Virus record (IMG/VR): IMGVR_UViG_3300042350_001802
Coordinates: 1-64,000 of that record
Strand: one strand, 5' to 3'
DNA length: 64,000 nucleotides
From: a virus
The translations under genes were made by a program, and so were the position numbers. Below, in pieces: positions 17,788 through 27,227 of this stretch (position 1 is the stretch's first letter; each line of letters begins with the position of its first letter). Below the pieces are notes generated by a model, which saw only the letters and a list, made by a program, of their open reading frames with translations, made no database searches and was not told the DNA's origin.

Positions 17788-17979
17788 TCAATCCCTGGTA
17801 TCAGGATGATTACCTATGTAAACGCAGAATAGCAGGTTTAACATAGATAAGATCATACCAAATACAAAGAACCAATGCGTAATAATCTGCTTACTCTCAT
17901 CCATCATAGCAAGCATCAGGTGGATTAATACCCAGAAAACTGAAAGTACGAACCACCAATTCCAATTGTACTGTGTCAT
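17788..17979 (-). CDS. Small 2-TM membrane protein
   Basis: Two hydrophobic segments. Confidence 0.7.
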   Translation of the reverse strand: MTQYNWNWWFVLSVFWVLIHLMLAMMDESKQIITHWFFVFGMILSMLNLLFCVYIGNHPDTRD

Positions 17980-18318
17980 TTGAATAAATTTAGATTAAGA
18001 AAAGATAACTCATTCACATTCATACAGTTATACAATTCTCTACATCTTTCTAAAAATACATAAACATTCTAAAACAATACTCTCACCCTCCTTGTACATT
18101 GATTTTCAAAACATTAGGTCTGCACATACGGGGGTAGTACCGCTTGTTTTTTTAGCTGGGGTCTTAATATATAATACCCCCACCTCTCTCACACACAATA
18201 CATTTGCATCGTCGGAATGTAAAGATGTAAAGAAAATAAAGGGTGTGGGGGGTTGAATATGGGTTTACAAACCGGGGGTATTTGGATTTTATATAGATTT
18301 GTGGTATATTATAGTGTA

Positions 18319-18650
18319 CCCACCTGTAGACGCGGGTGATCCTGTTCGATGGTCCAAAGATAGTTAGAATGGTAGACGTTGGGTTATGGGAGTAGCACAC
18401 AGCTTGTGATGTGAAACTGGTTTTCTCCAATAGGTACGAAAACGGTAGTTCTTTAAAATAGTTTTGTAGGTGGAAACATTACACATAGGGTATGTGTTCC
18501 GAGGTCACGGAGATTTTAGTTTCCACGTGGGTGTAGGCATTATGCTAACGTACAGTACAAAACTGTTTGAACTATTAAAGTATGTGAGTGATGTAAAAAT
18601 CACACGGGGAGTTCTATGTTCAATACACAAGGTGTGGATAAGTAATATTA
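18319..18650 (+). ncRNA. Candidate large structured RNA in the strand-switch region
   Basis: Follows GTATATTATAGTGTA (18304-18318); nested stems TAGTTC/GAACTA, AATAGTTTTGTA/TACAAAACTGTT, GTGGAAAC/GTTTCCAC, ACACATA/TATGTGT. Confidence 0.55.
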
Positions 18651-18696
18651 TTTAAAGAGTTATACAGATTAAATTTGTATAGTTTAAACTTTTTAA

Positions 18697-18711
18697 GTAT
18701 ATTATATTATA
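18697..18711 (+). promoter_or_regulatory. Late promoter motif
   Basis: GTATATTATATTATA, 13 nt before the first right-arm ORF. Confidence 0.55.
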
Positions 18712-18724
18712 AACCAAGTGTATT

Positions 18725-18952
18725 ATGAATAAGCCAAAGACTGTTCAGAACGAGGGGCAACTTTCTTATTATATCCAAACAGAAGACAAATATGGGCAAG
18801 CAGTGTATATTCCTGTTATTGATGTTAGAGATGGAATAGCAGAACGTGCTTTAGCTGAGCAGATTATAAAAGCTCAAAATCGTAGTAGGTATATTAACTA
18901 CAATCAGTATCATTTTTCCCAAAAACAAGACAAAAAACAATTTGATATATGA
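18725..18952 (+). CDS. Hypothetical protein
   Basis: 75 aa ORF. Confidence 0.65.
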   Translation: MNKPKTVQNEGQLSYYIQTEDKYGQAVYIPVIDVRDGIAERALAEQIIKAQNRSRYINYNQYHFSQKQDKKQFDI

Positions 18953-19254
18953 TGCATTCATGTAATGTACATTGTCATTCTATAAACATAGAAGACATGG
19001 GTATTATGGGTGTAAACGATAATGGTAAATGGTTACCCTTTGCTTTTTTATTAGATGTTGTTATTGCAATAAAGGTGGCATCTGATGATGAAGAAGAGCC
19101 AGTGTTTAATTGTACCACTGTATTCACTGATGCAGGTGAATCATACACTATTGACACCCCGTATATGACATTCCAAGAAATATGGAAAAACTATCTCACC
19201 TATTCTGAAGAAAATGAGGGTGATGATGAAGACGATGATAATTTTAAACTTTAA
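18949..19254 (+). CDS. Acidic hypothetical protein
   Basis: 101 aa ORF. Confidence 0.75.
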   Translation: MMHSCNVHCHSINIEDMGIMGVNDNGKWLPFAFLLDVVIAIKVASDDEEEPVFNCTTVFTDAGESYTIDTPYMTFQEIWKNYLTYSEENEGDDEDDDNFKL

Positions 19255-19265
19255 AACCAACAAAC

Positions 19266-19514
19266 ATGTCAGAAGAAAAAAAGATCCCAACCGTTGAAGA
19301 GTTCGTAACACATTTAAACGAACAGATTCAAATTGCTGAAGTGAGAGCTAAACTACAAGCTCTTAACACGCAGATTGCAAAAGACAGAGCTGAAGAGTTG
19401 AATGCTTTAGCGTTTATTGCGCAAGTGACAAACCCACAATCAGGTTCTGATGCTGATTTAGATGAAGAAGAATCTGAGGAGCAGTTGCCAAAGAGAAAGC
19501 TTAAAAAAGACTAA
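19266..19514 (+). CDS. Coiled-coil hypothetical protein
   Basis: 82 aa ORF. Confidence 0.75.
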   Translation: MSEEKKIPTVEEFVTHLNEQIQIAEVRAKLQALNTQIAKDRAEELNALAFIAQVTNPQSGSDADLDEEESEEQLPKRKLKKD

Positions 19515-19517
19515 TCT

Positions 19518-19883
19518 ATGGCTATTGTCAATCAGGTGGAGAAACGCGTAAAGCTGTCTCTCGATCAGGTGGTGCAATATCAAATACTTACACATTGTTT
19601 TCTTTCGAATATTGCATTAAGCAGTGCGGATCTTAAATGTCTCACAATGTTAGCTCTGGAAAAAGATTCAGAGCTTAACACCTTTTGTACTAAGGTGTAT
19701 CAGAAGGGGATATTTAAGAGTCCGCAATCTGTGCGTAATGCAATTATTAAAGCAGAGAAAAACAATTTGATTAAGAAAGAAGGAAAGAGTAAGAAGAAGA
19801 TTTGGATCAATCCAGATCTACGCATACAAGTGGAAGGAAATGTTTTTCTTGATTATAAATTTTTAAGTATTGCACCCCAATAA
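19518..19883 (+). CDS. Winged-helix DNA-binding protein
   Basis: LSSADLKCL...SPQSVRNAIIKAEKNNLIKK...INP. Confidence 0.65.
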   Translation: MAIVNQVEKRVKLSLDQVVQYQILTHCFLSNIALSSADLKCLTMLALEKDSELNTFCTKVYQKGIFKSPQSVRNAIIKAEKNNLIKKEGKSKKKIWINPDLRIQVEGNVFLDYKFLSIAPQ

Positions 19884-20271
19884 ACTTCGTAATCTTTTGC
19901 CCTCCTTTGCAATGGAGATGGATAAATCTGTGGAGGAGGTGGATGCTGTGATGTCCTTTTTCTATAAGACGTTAAGATCTCGTCTTTCTTCTTTAGAAAA
20001 TCCCACGGTGCATGTCCAAAACCTTGGGAATTTTTATATTAAAGAAAAAGCACTAGATGCCACTATTGAACAATATGGTCGTTTATTAGAAAAATTAGAT
20101 AACACTAGTTTTAAAGAGTACGGAATTAAGAAAACATTAGTTACAGAAATAGAAACCATGCGTAAGGTGAAAGAGAAGTTGAATGAAGAGCGTGGTAGAA
20201 GACGCGAAATAATTAATAAACGCTTTAACAATGAATCTACAAAAGAACATAATACAGATATGGAAGAGTAA
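19870..20271 (+). CDS. HU/IHF-like DNA-binding protein
   Basis: SVEEVDAVMSFFY...TVHVQNLGNFYIK; IHF-like genes near terL are typical of crAss-like phages. Confidence 0.6.
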   Translation: MHPNKLRNLLPSFAMEMDKSVEEVDAVMSFFYKTLRSRLSSLENPTVHVQNLGNFYIKEKALDATIEQYGRLLEKLDNTSFKEYGIKKTLVTEIETMRKVKEKLNEERGRRREIINKRFNNESTKEHNTDMEE

Positions 20272-20560
20272 GGGTCAGATTATTGAGGGCATTACCAATT
20301 CCATATTTAAAAGAGAAGATGTAGAAGAGATTGCAGAGCAGAGAATAAGTATTTGTAAAGAATGCACACTCTATGATCAAAGTGGTAAGGGATGTGCAGT
20401 TCCAGGTACACAACCTTGTTGTAATGAGGGTATGGGTGGATGTGGGTGTTCTCTATCCTTAAAAACAAGAGCTCTTTCTTCTGAGTGTCCACTAGGATAT
20501 TGGAAAGCTGTTCTTTCAGAGGAAGAAGAGGATAAACTGAATGAAAAATTAGGATTATGA
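20231..20560 (+). CDS. Cys-rich Zn-binding protein
   Basis: RISICKEC...CGCSLSLKT...CPLGYW. Confidence 0.75.
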   Translation: MNLQKNIIQIWKSKGQIIEGITNSIFKREDVEEIAEQRISICKECTLYDQSGKGCAVPGTQPCCNEGMGGCGCSLSLKTRALSSECPLGYWKAVLSEEEEDKLNEKLGL

Positions 20561-21369
20561 GTTTAATATTTAAACCAGAAAAGCACGAGTATGTATCATT
20601 AAATGGAGAGAATGTAGATTGGACTAGTGTCACTAGTTTCATTTCTAACTTTAAACAACCATTTGATGCGGATACTATTGCTCTTAAATCATCTCGTAAT
20701 AAAAAAAGTAAATGGTATGGAATGAGCGCAGATGATATTAAAAGTGCTTGGAAGTCTGAAGCAAAACGTGCTACAGACCTTGGTACATGGTATCATAACT
20801 GTAGAGAAGCTGATCTTTGTCATTTAGAAACAATAGAACGAGAAGGAGTGACGGTTCCTGTTTTTAAACCCGTAGAAGTAGACGGTATCAAGTATGCGCC
20901 AGATCAAAAACTTAAGGATGGAATCTATCCTGAGCACATGGTCTATTTGAAATCTGTTGGTCTTTGTGGTCAGTCTGACTTAGTAGAAGTAGTAAATGGA
21001 CATGTTAACATTACAGACTACAAAACTAATAAAGAAATTAAGATTGAAAGCTATGTAAATTGGGAAGGTGTCTCGCAAAAGATGTCTCCTCCAGTAGCGC
21101 ACCTTGACGATTGTAACTTTAACCATTATGCGTTACAACTGAGTTTGTATATGTACATGATACTAAAGCATAATCCAAAGCTAAAAGCAGGAACCCTCAC
21201 TCTTCATCACATTTTATTTGAAGAAGCAGGAAGAGATAAGTTTGATAATCCAATTACAGCGTTAGATACAAATGGAGATCCAATTGTACTAGACGTTGTG
21301 CAATATGATGTACCCTATTTAAAATCAGAAATAAGTGAATTAATAAAATGGAAAACCAGCAACCAGTAA
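20557..21369 (+). CDS. PD-(D/E)XK nuclease (RecB/Cas4-like)
   Basis: GQSDL...ITDYKTN...YALQLSLY. Confidence 0.88.
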   Translation: MSLIFKPEKHEYVSLNGENVDWTSVTSFISNFKQPFDADTIALKSSRNKKSKWYGMSADDIKSAWKSEAKRATDLGTWYHNCREADLCHLETIEREGVTVPVFKPVEVDGIKYAPDQKLKDGIYPEHMVYLKSVGLCGQSDLVEVVNGHVNITDYKTNKEIKIESYVNWEGVSQKMSPPVAHLDDCNFNHYALQLSLYMYMILKHNPKLKAGTLTLHHILFEEAGRDKFDNPITALDTNGDPIVLDVVQYDVPYLKSEISELIKWKTSNQ

Positions 21370-21602
21370 TCTACAAACTCAATGATCTAATAGATCTTTA
21401 TTTAGCAGCTAAACTTCCAGAAGGAGAAAAGATATTTAAATATGAAGCATCTTTTGGTCTTCATAAATGGATACATCTTGATGAACTTAGAATACAAGCT
21501 AATTTTAAAGCTTACTATCCAACAGGTCAAAAGTATATAGAAGGATTTGCTGGTGTAGTTAATAATCACCATCAAGTTAAAAAAGATGATAAGACTATTT
21601 GA
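21348..21602 (+). CDS. Hypothetical protein
   Basis: 84 aa ORF. Confidence 0.6.
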   Translation: MENQQPVIYKLNDLIDLYLAAKLPEGEKIFKYEASFGLHKWIHLDELRIQANFKAYYPTGQKYIEGFAGVVNNHHQVKKDDKTI

Positions 21603-22098
21603 TATACAAAATGGACAGGTGATACCATCTGAACATTGTTACACATTAGCATTTTTAAAAGATATAATGGACAATTTTCCTGACGATTGTAATAAGATAT
21701 ATACATATCTTTTTTATATGACTTGTCCAAATCCAGATCTTAATCCTTTTTTTCATTTTCCAGATGAAGAAAAAGAAGAAATAATATTACAAGAAATAGG
21801 AGCAGAGTTTTCTACAGATGAAGATATGATAGTTAGAGCATTGAAATTATGCGAAAAAATGTATCAGACAGAAACATCTAGAGCATACTATGGTATTAAA
21901 AAAGCATTAGATAATATAGCAAGATATATGTCTAGTACACAAATTACTGATGGACGAGATGGTAATATTGCTCAAATAGGACGTATAGCAAAAGACTTTG
22001 ACGCTATTAGACAGAGTTATAAAGGAGTGTATAAAGATCTTATGGAAGAGCAACAATCATCTGTACGTGGAGGTCAAAATCTAGCATATGATCAGTAG
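21586..22098 (+). CDS. Conserved pre-terminase protein (possible small terminase subunit)
   Basis: 170 aa, C-terminal VRGG, lies just upstream of terL. Confidence 0.6.
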   Translation: MIRLFDIQNGQVIPSEHCYTLAFLKDIMDNFPDDCNKIYTYLFYMTCPNPDLNPFFHFPDEEKEEIILQEIGAEFSTDEDMIVRALKLCEKMYQTETSRAYYGIKKALDNIARYMSSTQITDGRDGNIAQIGRIAKDFDAIRQSYKGVYKDLMEEQQSSVRGGQNLAYDQ

Positions 22099-22198
22099 TA
22101 TGGCATTAAATGTATTTACGGTGTGGATTTTTATACTATCTATAATAGCGGTTATTATTGCTGGAATAGATGTATGGGATCAAACTAAGGACAAGTGA
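22088..22198 (+). CDS. 36 aa single-TM microprotein
   Basis: MISSMALNVFTVWIFILSIIAVIIAGIDVWDQTKDK*; TGA overlaps the terL GTG start. Confidence 0.5.
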   Translation: MISSMALNVFTVWIFILSIIAVIIAGIDVWDQTKDK

Positions 22199-24405
22199 AT
22201 TTATCTGTATATAAAACAGTTCCTACGTGGAATAATGGTGTGTGGGAAACTACAGAATTTGCATCTAGAGATGAGTGGAAAGAATTTGTGCGTTCTATAT
22301 TTATAGAAGAAGGTCCTGATGTGGGGTATAAATTTGATGAAACATCTTTTCTTTTTAATGAACAAGCAAGAAAGTTTCAAAAAGATGGATATTATTGTTC
22401 AGCTCCTGTAAGAACTAAAGATTATATAAACTACTGGGACGATCAAAAGACAAAGTGTAAATCAGGGGTTATTTTTAAAAATAAGGATAACACTTGGTAT
22501 CTAAGTAGAGACTACTACATGTGGTTAAATTTTCTTCCTATTTATGACAAGGAAGAATCTAGATTTGACTTTGCTAAGGTGAGAGACGCACAATATCACA
22601 TGGCATTATATGAATGTTTAGCAGAATTAGAGTATAAACATTGCCCTATTCTAAAAAAGCGTCAGATAGCATCTTCCTATTTTCATGCTGGTAAACTTAT
22701 TAATCAATATTGGTTTGAGTCTGGTGCTATTCTTAAAATTGGTGCTAGTCTTAAGGATTATATCAACGAAAAGGGTACATGGAGAATGCTCAACGAGTAT
22801 AAAAACTTTTTGAATGAGCACACTGCATGGTATCGTCCTAATGATCCCGATAAAGTATTAGCATGGCAGCAGCGTATTAAGGTGAGAGTGAATGGTAGGG
22901 ATACGTTTAAGGGGTTATTTTCAGTGCTACAAGGAACATCTTTTGAGAAAGACGCAACAGCTGGTGTCGGTGGCCCTGTCACCTACTTTTTTCATGAAGA
23001 AGCTGGTATTGCTTCTAAGATGGATGAAACATATGAGTATATGCGTCCTGCTATGCAATCAGGTATGATTACTACCGGAGTTTTTATTGCTGCAGGGTCT
23101 GTGGGTGATCTTGATCAATGCGAACCTCTTAAGAACTTCATCTTAAATCCGGAGGTTTATGATATGTTAGCAGTAACAACATCATTATTAGATGCTAAAG
23201 GTACAATAGGTAAGAGCGGACTTTTTATTCCAGAACAGTGGTCAATGCCACCATTTATAGATGAATATGGTAATTCTAAGGTGGTAGAAGCTCTAGAAGC
23301 TATTAAAAAAGAAAGAGAAAAATGGAAGAAGGAGTTAAATCCAGAACAATATCAGCTCCGTATATCCCAGAAACCTACAAATATTGAAGAAGCTTTTGCG
23401 TTTAGAAAAGAGTCTAAGTTTCCTCAACATCTAGTTTCTAAACAAATGCAACGTGTAGAAGATAAAGAATATCCTTATGAGCTGTTAGATCTTTACAAAA
23501 ATGAACAGGGTAAGATTATTGCACAAGAGTCTAGAAAGCTTCCCATCTCCGAGTTTCCTATTTCTAAGACAGCAGAAGATAAAGAAGGATGTATTGTTGT
23601 TTGGGAAAAACCTGTTTCTAATCCTGGGTTTGGAATGTATTATGCATCTATTGACCCTGTAGGGGAAGGTAAGACGACCACCTCAGATTCATTATGTTCC
23701 ATTTTCATTTACAAAACTAAGGTGGAGGTGACAAAGGATGACGGATATGGAGACCGTAAAACATATGTAGAACATGATAAGATTGTAGCTAGCTGGTGTG
23801 GGAGGTTTGATGACATCAATAAAACACATGAGCGTTTAGAGCTAATAATTGAATGGTATAATGCCTGGACTGTGGTGGAAAATAACATCTCACTATTCAT
23901 CCAGTATATGATTTCTAGAAAAAAACAGCGCTATCTAGTACCAAAAGACCAAATCTTATTCCTTAAAGATTTAGGATCTAATGCCACTGTATATCAAACA
24001 TACGGATGGAAAAACACTGGGACACTCTTTAAGCAACACCTCTTATCCTATGGTATTCAATATCTTACAGAAGAAATAGACGAGGAGATAAATGAAAAAG
24101 GAGAGACAACAAAAGTGATGTTTGGGGTGGAGCGTATTCCAGATCCCATGCTTTTAAAGGAGATGCAGGCATACCATGAAGGTTTAAACGTGGACCGTTT
24201 AGTGGCATTCTGTGCACTTATAGCGTTTGCAAAAGTGCAGGAGTCAAACAGAGGGGTACATAAGCGTTTAGAAGCAAACTCAAATTTGGAAAAGTCAGAA
24301 AAAAGTTATAAATTAAAATTGAACCCTTTTAGACATATTGGAGGTTCACAATCAATTGGTTCTGGTATGTCTAAACCCCGTTCACCATTTAAAAACTTAA
24401 AGTAG
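22195..24405 (+). CDS. terL: Terminase large subunit
   Basis: ILKKRQIASS Walker A, FFHEEAG Walker B, RNase H-like ASIDPV...VENN...DRLVA. Confidence 0.93.
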   Translation: MNLSVYKTVPTWNNGVWETTEFASRDEWKEFVRSIFIEEGPDVGYKFDETSFLFNEQARKFQKDGYYCSAPVRTKDYINYWDDQKTKCKSGVIFKNKDNTWYLSRDYYMWLNFLPIYDKEESRFDFAKVRDAQYHMALYECLAELEYKHCPILKKRQIASSYFHAGKLINQYWFESGAILKIGASLKDYINEKGTWRMLNEYKNFLNEHTAWYRPNDPDKVLAWQQRIKVRVNGRDTFKGLFSVLQGTSFEKDATAGVGGPVTYFFHEEAGIASKMDETYEYMRPAMQSGMITTGVFIAAGSVGDLDQCEPLKNFILNPEVYDMLAVTTSLLDAKGTIGKSGLFIPEQWSMPPFIDEYGNSKVVEALEAIKKEREKWKKELNPEQYQLRISQKPTNIEEAFAFRKESKFPQHLVSKQMQRVEDKEYPYELLDLYKNEQGKIIAQESRKLPISEFPISKTAEDKEGCIVVWEKPVSNPGFGMYYASIDPVGEGKTTTSDSLCSIFIYKTKVEVTKDDGYGDRKTYVEHDKIVASWCGRFDDINKTHERLELIIEWYNAWTVVENNISLFIQYMISRKKQRYLVPKDQILFLKDLGSNATVYQTYGWKNTGTLFKQHLLSYGIQYLTEEIDEEINEKGETTKVMFGVERIPDPMLLKEMQAYHEGLNVDRLVAFCALIAFAKVQESNRGVHKRLEANSNLEKSEKSYKLKLNPFRHIGGSQSIGSGMSKPRSPFKNLK

Positions 24406-24503
24406 ATGTACGTATTTGAAAGTACTTTCACTACACCAAGTGTTTACACTTATTCTTCTAGCACAGCTGGAGACACTATTTTTTTTATAAGTAACTCATA
24501 ATC

Positions 24504-27227
24504 ATGCAGATATTAAATGCTTTAGATCTTAAATCTGGCAAGAAAGCTGAGTATAACAAGTTGGGTACACTCACCCAACCTATTCAGTTTTTACCCCTGT
24601 CTGCTAAAGATGAGCAGTGGAGAGCTAGTAACATGGACTGGTTGGAGTGGCAGGGTATTAAACAAATACGCAGAAACGCTCGTAAACTTCTTAAAAACTA
24701 TAAGCTTGCTAAAGGTATTATTGACCGTACAGACTATATAGTAGAAGAAAATAATGAATACGCAGATCTAATTGAGACGTTAACCAAAGAAGATCAGTCT
24801 GCTTTAGAACTTAAGTTTTACCCCATTATTCCAAATGTAATTAATCTTTTAAGTGGGGAGTTTTCAAAAAGAGCTTCTAAAGTTATATTTCGTGCAGTTG
24901 ATGACATTTCCTACAATGAAATGTTAGAACAAAAACGTTCAATGATTGAACAAACCCTCATTACAGAAGCTGAACGCGAGATGACAATGAGGATGATGAA
25001 TATGGGGATGGATCCAAACTCTGAGGAAGCTCAGCAAGCACTTTCTCCTGAAGCTATCCGATCGCTTCCTGAGATTGAGTCTTTCTTTAAAAAAGACTAT
25101 CGTTCTATGGTGGAGGAATGGGCAACTCACCAGATGAAGGTAGATGAGGAAAGATTTAAGCTCTTTGAATTAGAAAATATGGCATTTCGTGATATGCTCA
25201 TCTCAGATCGTGAGTTTTGGCATTTCCGCATGCTGGAAGATGATTATGAAGTGGAGCTTTGGAACCCTGTCTTAACTTTCTACCATAAGAGTCCTGATGC
25301 ACGTTATGTATCTCAGGGTAATTGGGTGGGTAAGTTTGATATCCTAACTGTTGCTGATGTTATTGACAAGTATGGCTACATGATGACACAGGAGCAGTTG
25401 GAATCTTTAGAGGCAATCTATCCTATTCGTTCTGCGGGTCTTCCTATGGGAGGATTACAAAACGATGGTAGCTTTTATGATCCTAGTAGATCTCATAAAT
25501 GGAATACTGAAGGACCATCTTTAGCGATGCGTCAGTTCTTATCTGCATATGAGAATATGCCATACAATGGTGACATTGTACAGTGGATTTTAAGTGAGAG
25601 CGAAGATTTCTTCGATTATGGACCCAACTTTATGCTTCGTGTAGCTACCATTTATTGGAAGAGTCAGCGTAAAGTGGGGCATCTCACTAAGATTACAGAA
25701 GATGGAGAGATGATTCAGGATATTGTAGACGAGACATTTAAGGTGTTAGAAAAACCTATTTATGACACTCGTCTTTCTACAAAAAAGACTAGAGAAAATC
25801 TAGTTTACGGAGAACATATTGATTGGATTTGGATTAATGAAACATGGGGTGGCATTAAGATTGGTCCAAATAGACCTACATTCTGGGGTATGGAAAATCC
25901 CACAGGATTTAGTCCTATCTACCTTAATGTTAAAAAACTTCCATTCCAATTTAAAGGAGACCACACACTTTATGGATGTAAACTTCCTGTAGAGGGTTCT
26001 GTGTTCTCTGATCGCAATACGCGATCCGTATCTCTGGTGGATCTTATGAAACCATATCAGATTGGATACAATATTGTAAACAATCAGATAGCAGATATAC
26101 TAGTCGATGAGTTGGGAACCGTAATCCTTCTAGACCAGAATGCTCTACCTCGTCACTCTTTAGGAGAAGACTGGGGACGAAATAATCTGGCAAAGGCTTA
26201 CGTAGCAATGAAAAACTTTTCAATGCTTCCGTTAGATACAACTATCACTAACACTGAGAATGCTCTTTCATTCCAACACTATCAAGTGTTAAATCTGGAG
26301 CAGACTCAACGCTTGCTTTCTAGGATTCAGTTATCTAACTATTTTAAAACGCAAGCATTTGAGTCTATTGGTATCACTGGGCAGCGTATTGGAACACCTG
26401 TTGGTCAAGAAACAGCAACAGGTATCCAACAGTCTGTAGCAGCATCATATTCTCAAACTGAACAGTATTTTACGCAACATAGTGACTTTTTGATGCCACG
26501 CGTACATCAAATGCGTACTGATCTTGCACAATACTATCAGTCTAAAAACCCTTCTCTACGCTTACAGTATGTAACAACTGCAGAAGAGAAGGTGAATTTT
26601 GAAATTAACGGTACAGATCTTCTACTCAGAGATCTAAACATATTTGCTACTACCAAGAGTAATCATAAGTTTGTTCTTGAGCAGCTTAAGCAACTTGCTA
26701 TTACAAATAATACAGCAGGTGCATCTATTTACGATCTTGGTAATATCATTAAATCAGAATCGATTGCAGAGCTTTCTCATGTTCTTAAGTCTGCTGAAGA
26801 GAAGCAACAAGCAAATCTCGAACAACAGAGACAACAAGAACAAGCTCTGCAACAACAACAAATTGAAGCTCGTCAGCAAGAACAAATGATGAAGATGCAG
26901 TTTGAAGCTGAAGAGAATGAAAAAGATAGACAAGCAAACATTTTACAAGCTGAAATACGTTCTGCTGGATATGGTTCTATGATGGATATTGATAAGAATC
27001 AACAAAGTGATTATCAAGATGCTCTAGAAAATATCCAAAAACAAGAGAATTATCAGCAGCAGATGGGTCTTGAAAGAGACAAAGAGATTAATAAGACAAA
27101 CACTGCACGTGAGCAACTTCGTATTAAAGAGCAAGAGATTTCAGCAAAAGAACGTATTGCAGAAAAACAAGTGGAGATTGCTCGTATGAATAAGAACAAA
27201 TACGATGTAAAAAAACCTAAAAAATGA
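24504..27227 (+). CDS. Portal protein (crAss-type)
   Basis: 907 aa after terL; YPIIPNVINLLSGE, SLVDLMKPYQ, Q-rich coiled-coil C-terminus. Confidence 0.88.
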   Translation: MQILNALDLKSGKKAEYNKLGTLTQPIQFLPLSAKDEQWRASNMDWLEWQGIKQIRRNARKLLKNYKLAKGIIDRTDYIVEENNEYADLIETLTKEDQSALELKFYPIIPNVINLLSGEFSKRASKVIFRAVDDISYNEMLEQKRSMIEQTLITEAEREMTMRMMNMGMDPNSEEAQQALSPEAIRSLPEIESFFKKDYRSMVEEWATHQMKVDEERFKLFELENMAFRDMLISDREFWHFRMLEDDYEVELWNPVLTFYHKSPDARYVSQGNWVGKFDILTVADVIDKYGYMMTQEQLESLEAIYPIRSAGLPMGGLQNDGSFYDPSRSHKWNTEGPSLAMRQFLSAYENMPYNGDIVQWILSESEDFFDYGPNFMLRVATIYWKSQRKVGHLTKITEDGEMIQDIVDETFKVLEKPIYDTRLSTKKTRENLVYGEHIDWIWINETWGGIKIGPNRPTFWGMENPTGFSPIYLNVKKLPFQFKGDHTLYGCKLPVEGSVFSDRNTRSVSLVDLMKPYQIGYNIVNNQIADILVDELGTVILLDQNALPRHSLGEDWGRNNLAKAYVAMKNFSMLPLDTTITNTENALSFQHYQVLNLEQTQRLLSRIQLSNYFKTQAFESIGITGQRIGTPVGQETATGIQQSVAASYSQTEQYFTQHSDFLMPRVHQMRTDLAQYYQSKNPSLRLQYVTTAEEKVNFEINGTDLLLRDLNIFATTKSNHKFVLEQLKQLAITNNTAGASIYDLGNIIKSESIAELSHVLKSAEEKQQANLEQQRQQEQALQQQQIEARQQEQMMKMQFEAEENEKDRQANILQAEIRSAGYGSMMDIDKNQQSDYQDALENIQKQENYQQQMGLERDKEINKTNTAREQLRIKEQEISAKERIAEKQVEIARMNKNKYDVKKPKK

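Larger units (their letters stand above)
16631..18030 (-). promoter_or_regulatory. Repeated early-gene leader/promoter motif AACTRTWTRAAT (5 copies, one degenerate)
   Basis: Copies at 16643-16631, 17225-17213, 17532-17520, 17749-17738, 18030-18018, each about 15-40 nt upstream of an ATG. Confidence 0.55.

Noticed and set aside
18164-18655. ORFs 18164-18430 and 18470-18655
   Set aside because: Non-ATG starts and atypical composition; better explained by a structured noncoding region
20557-21369. CRISPR-Cas system suggested by the Cas4-like nuclease
   Set aside because: No repeat-spacer array or other cas genes in the window
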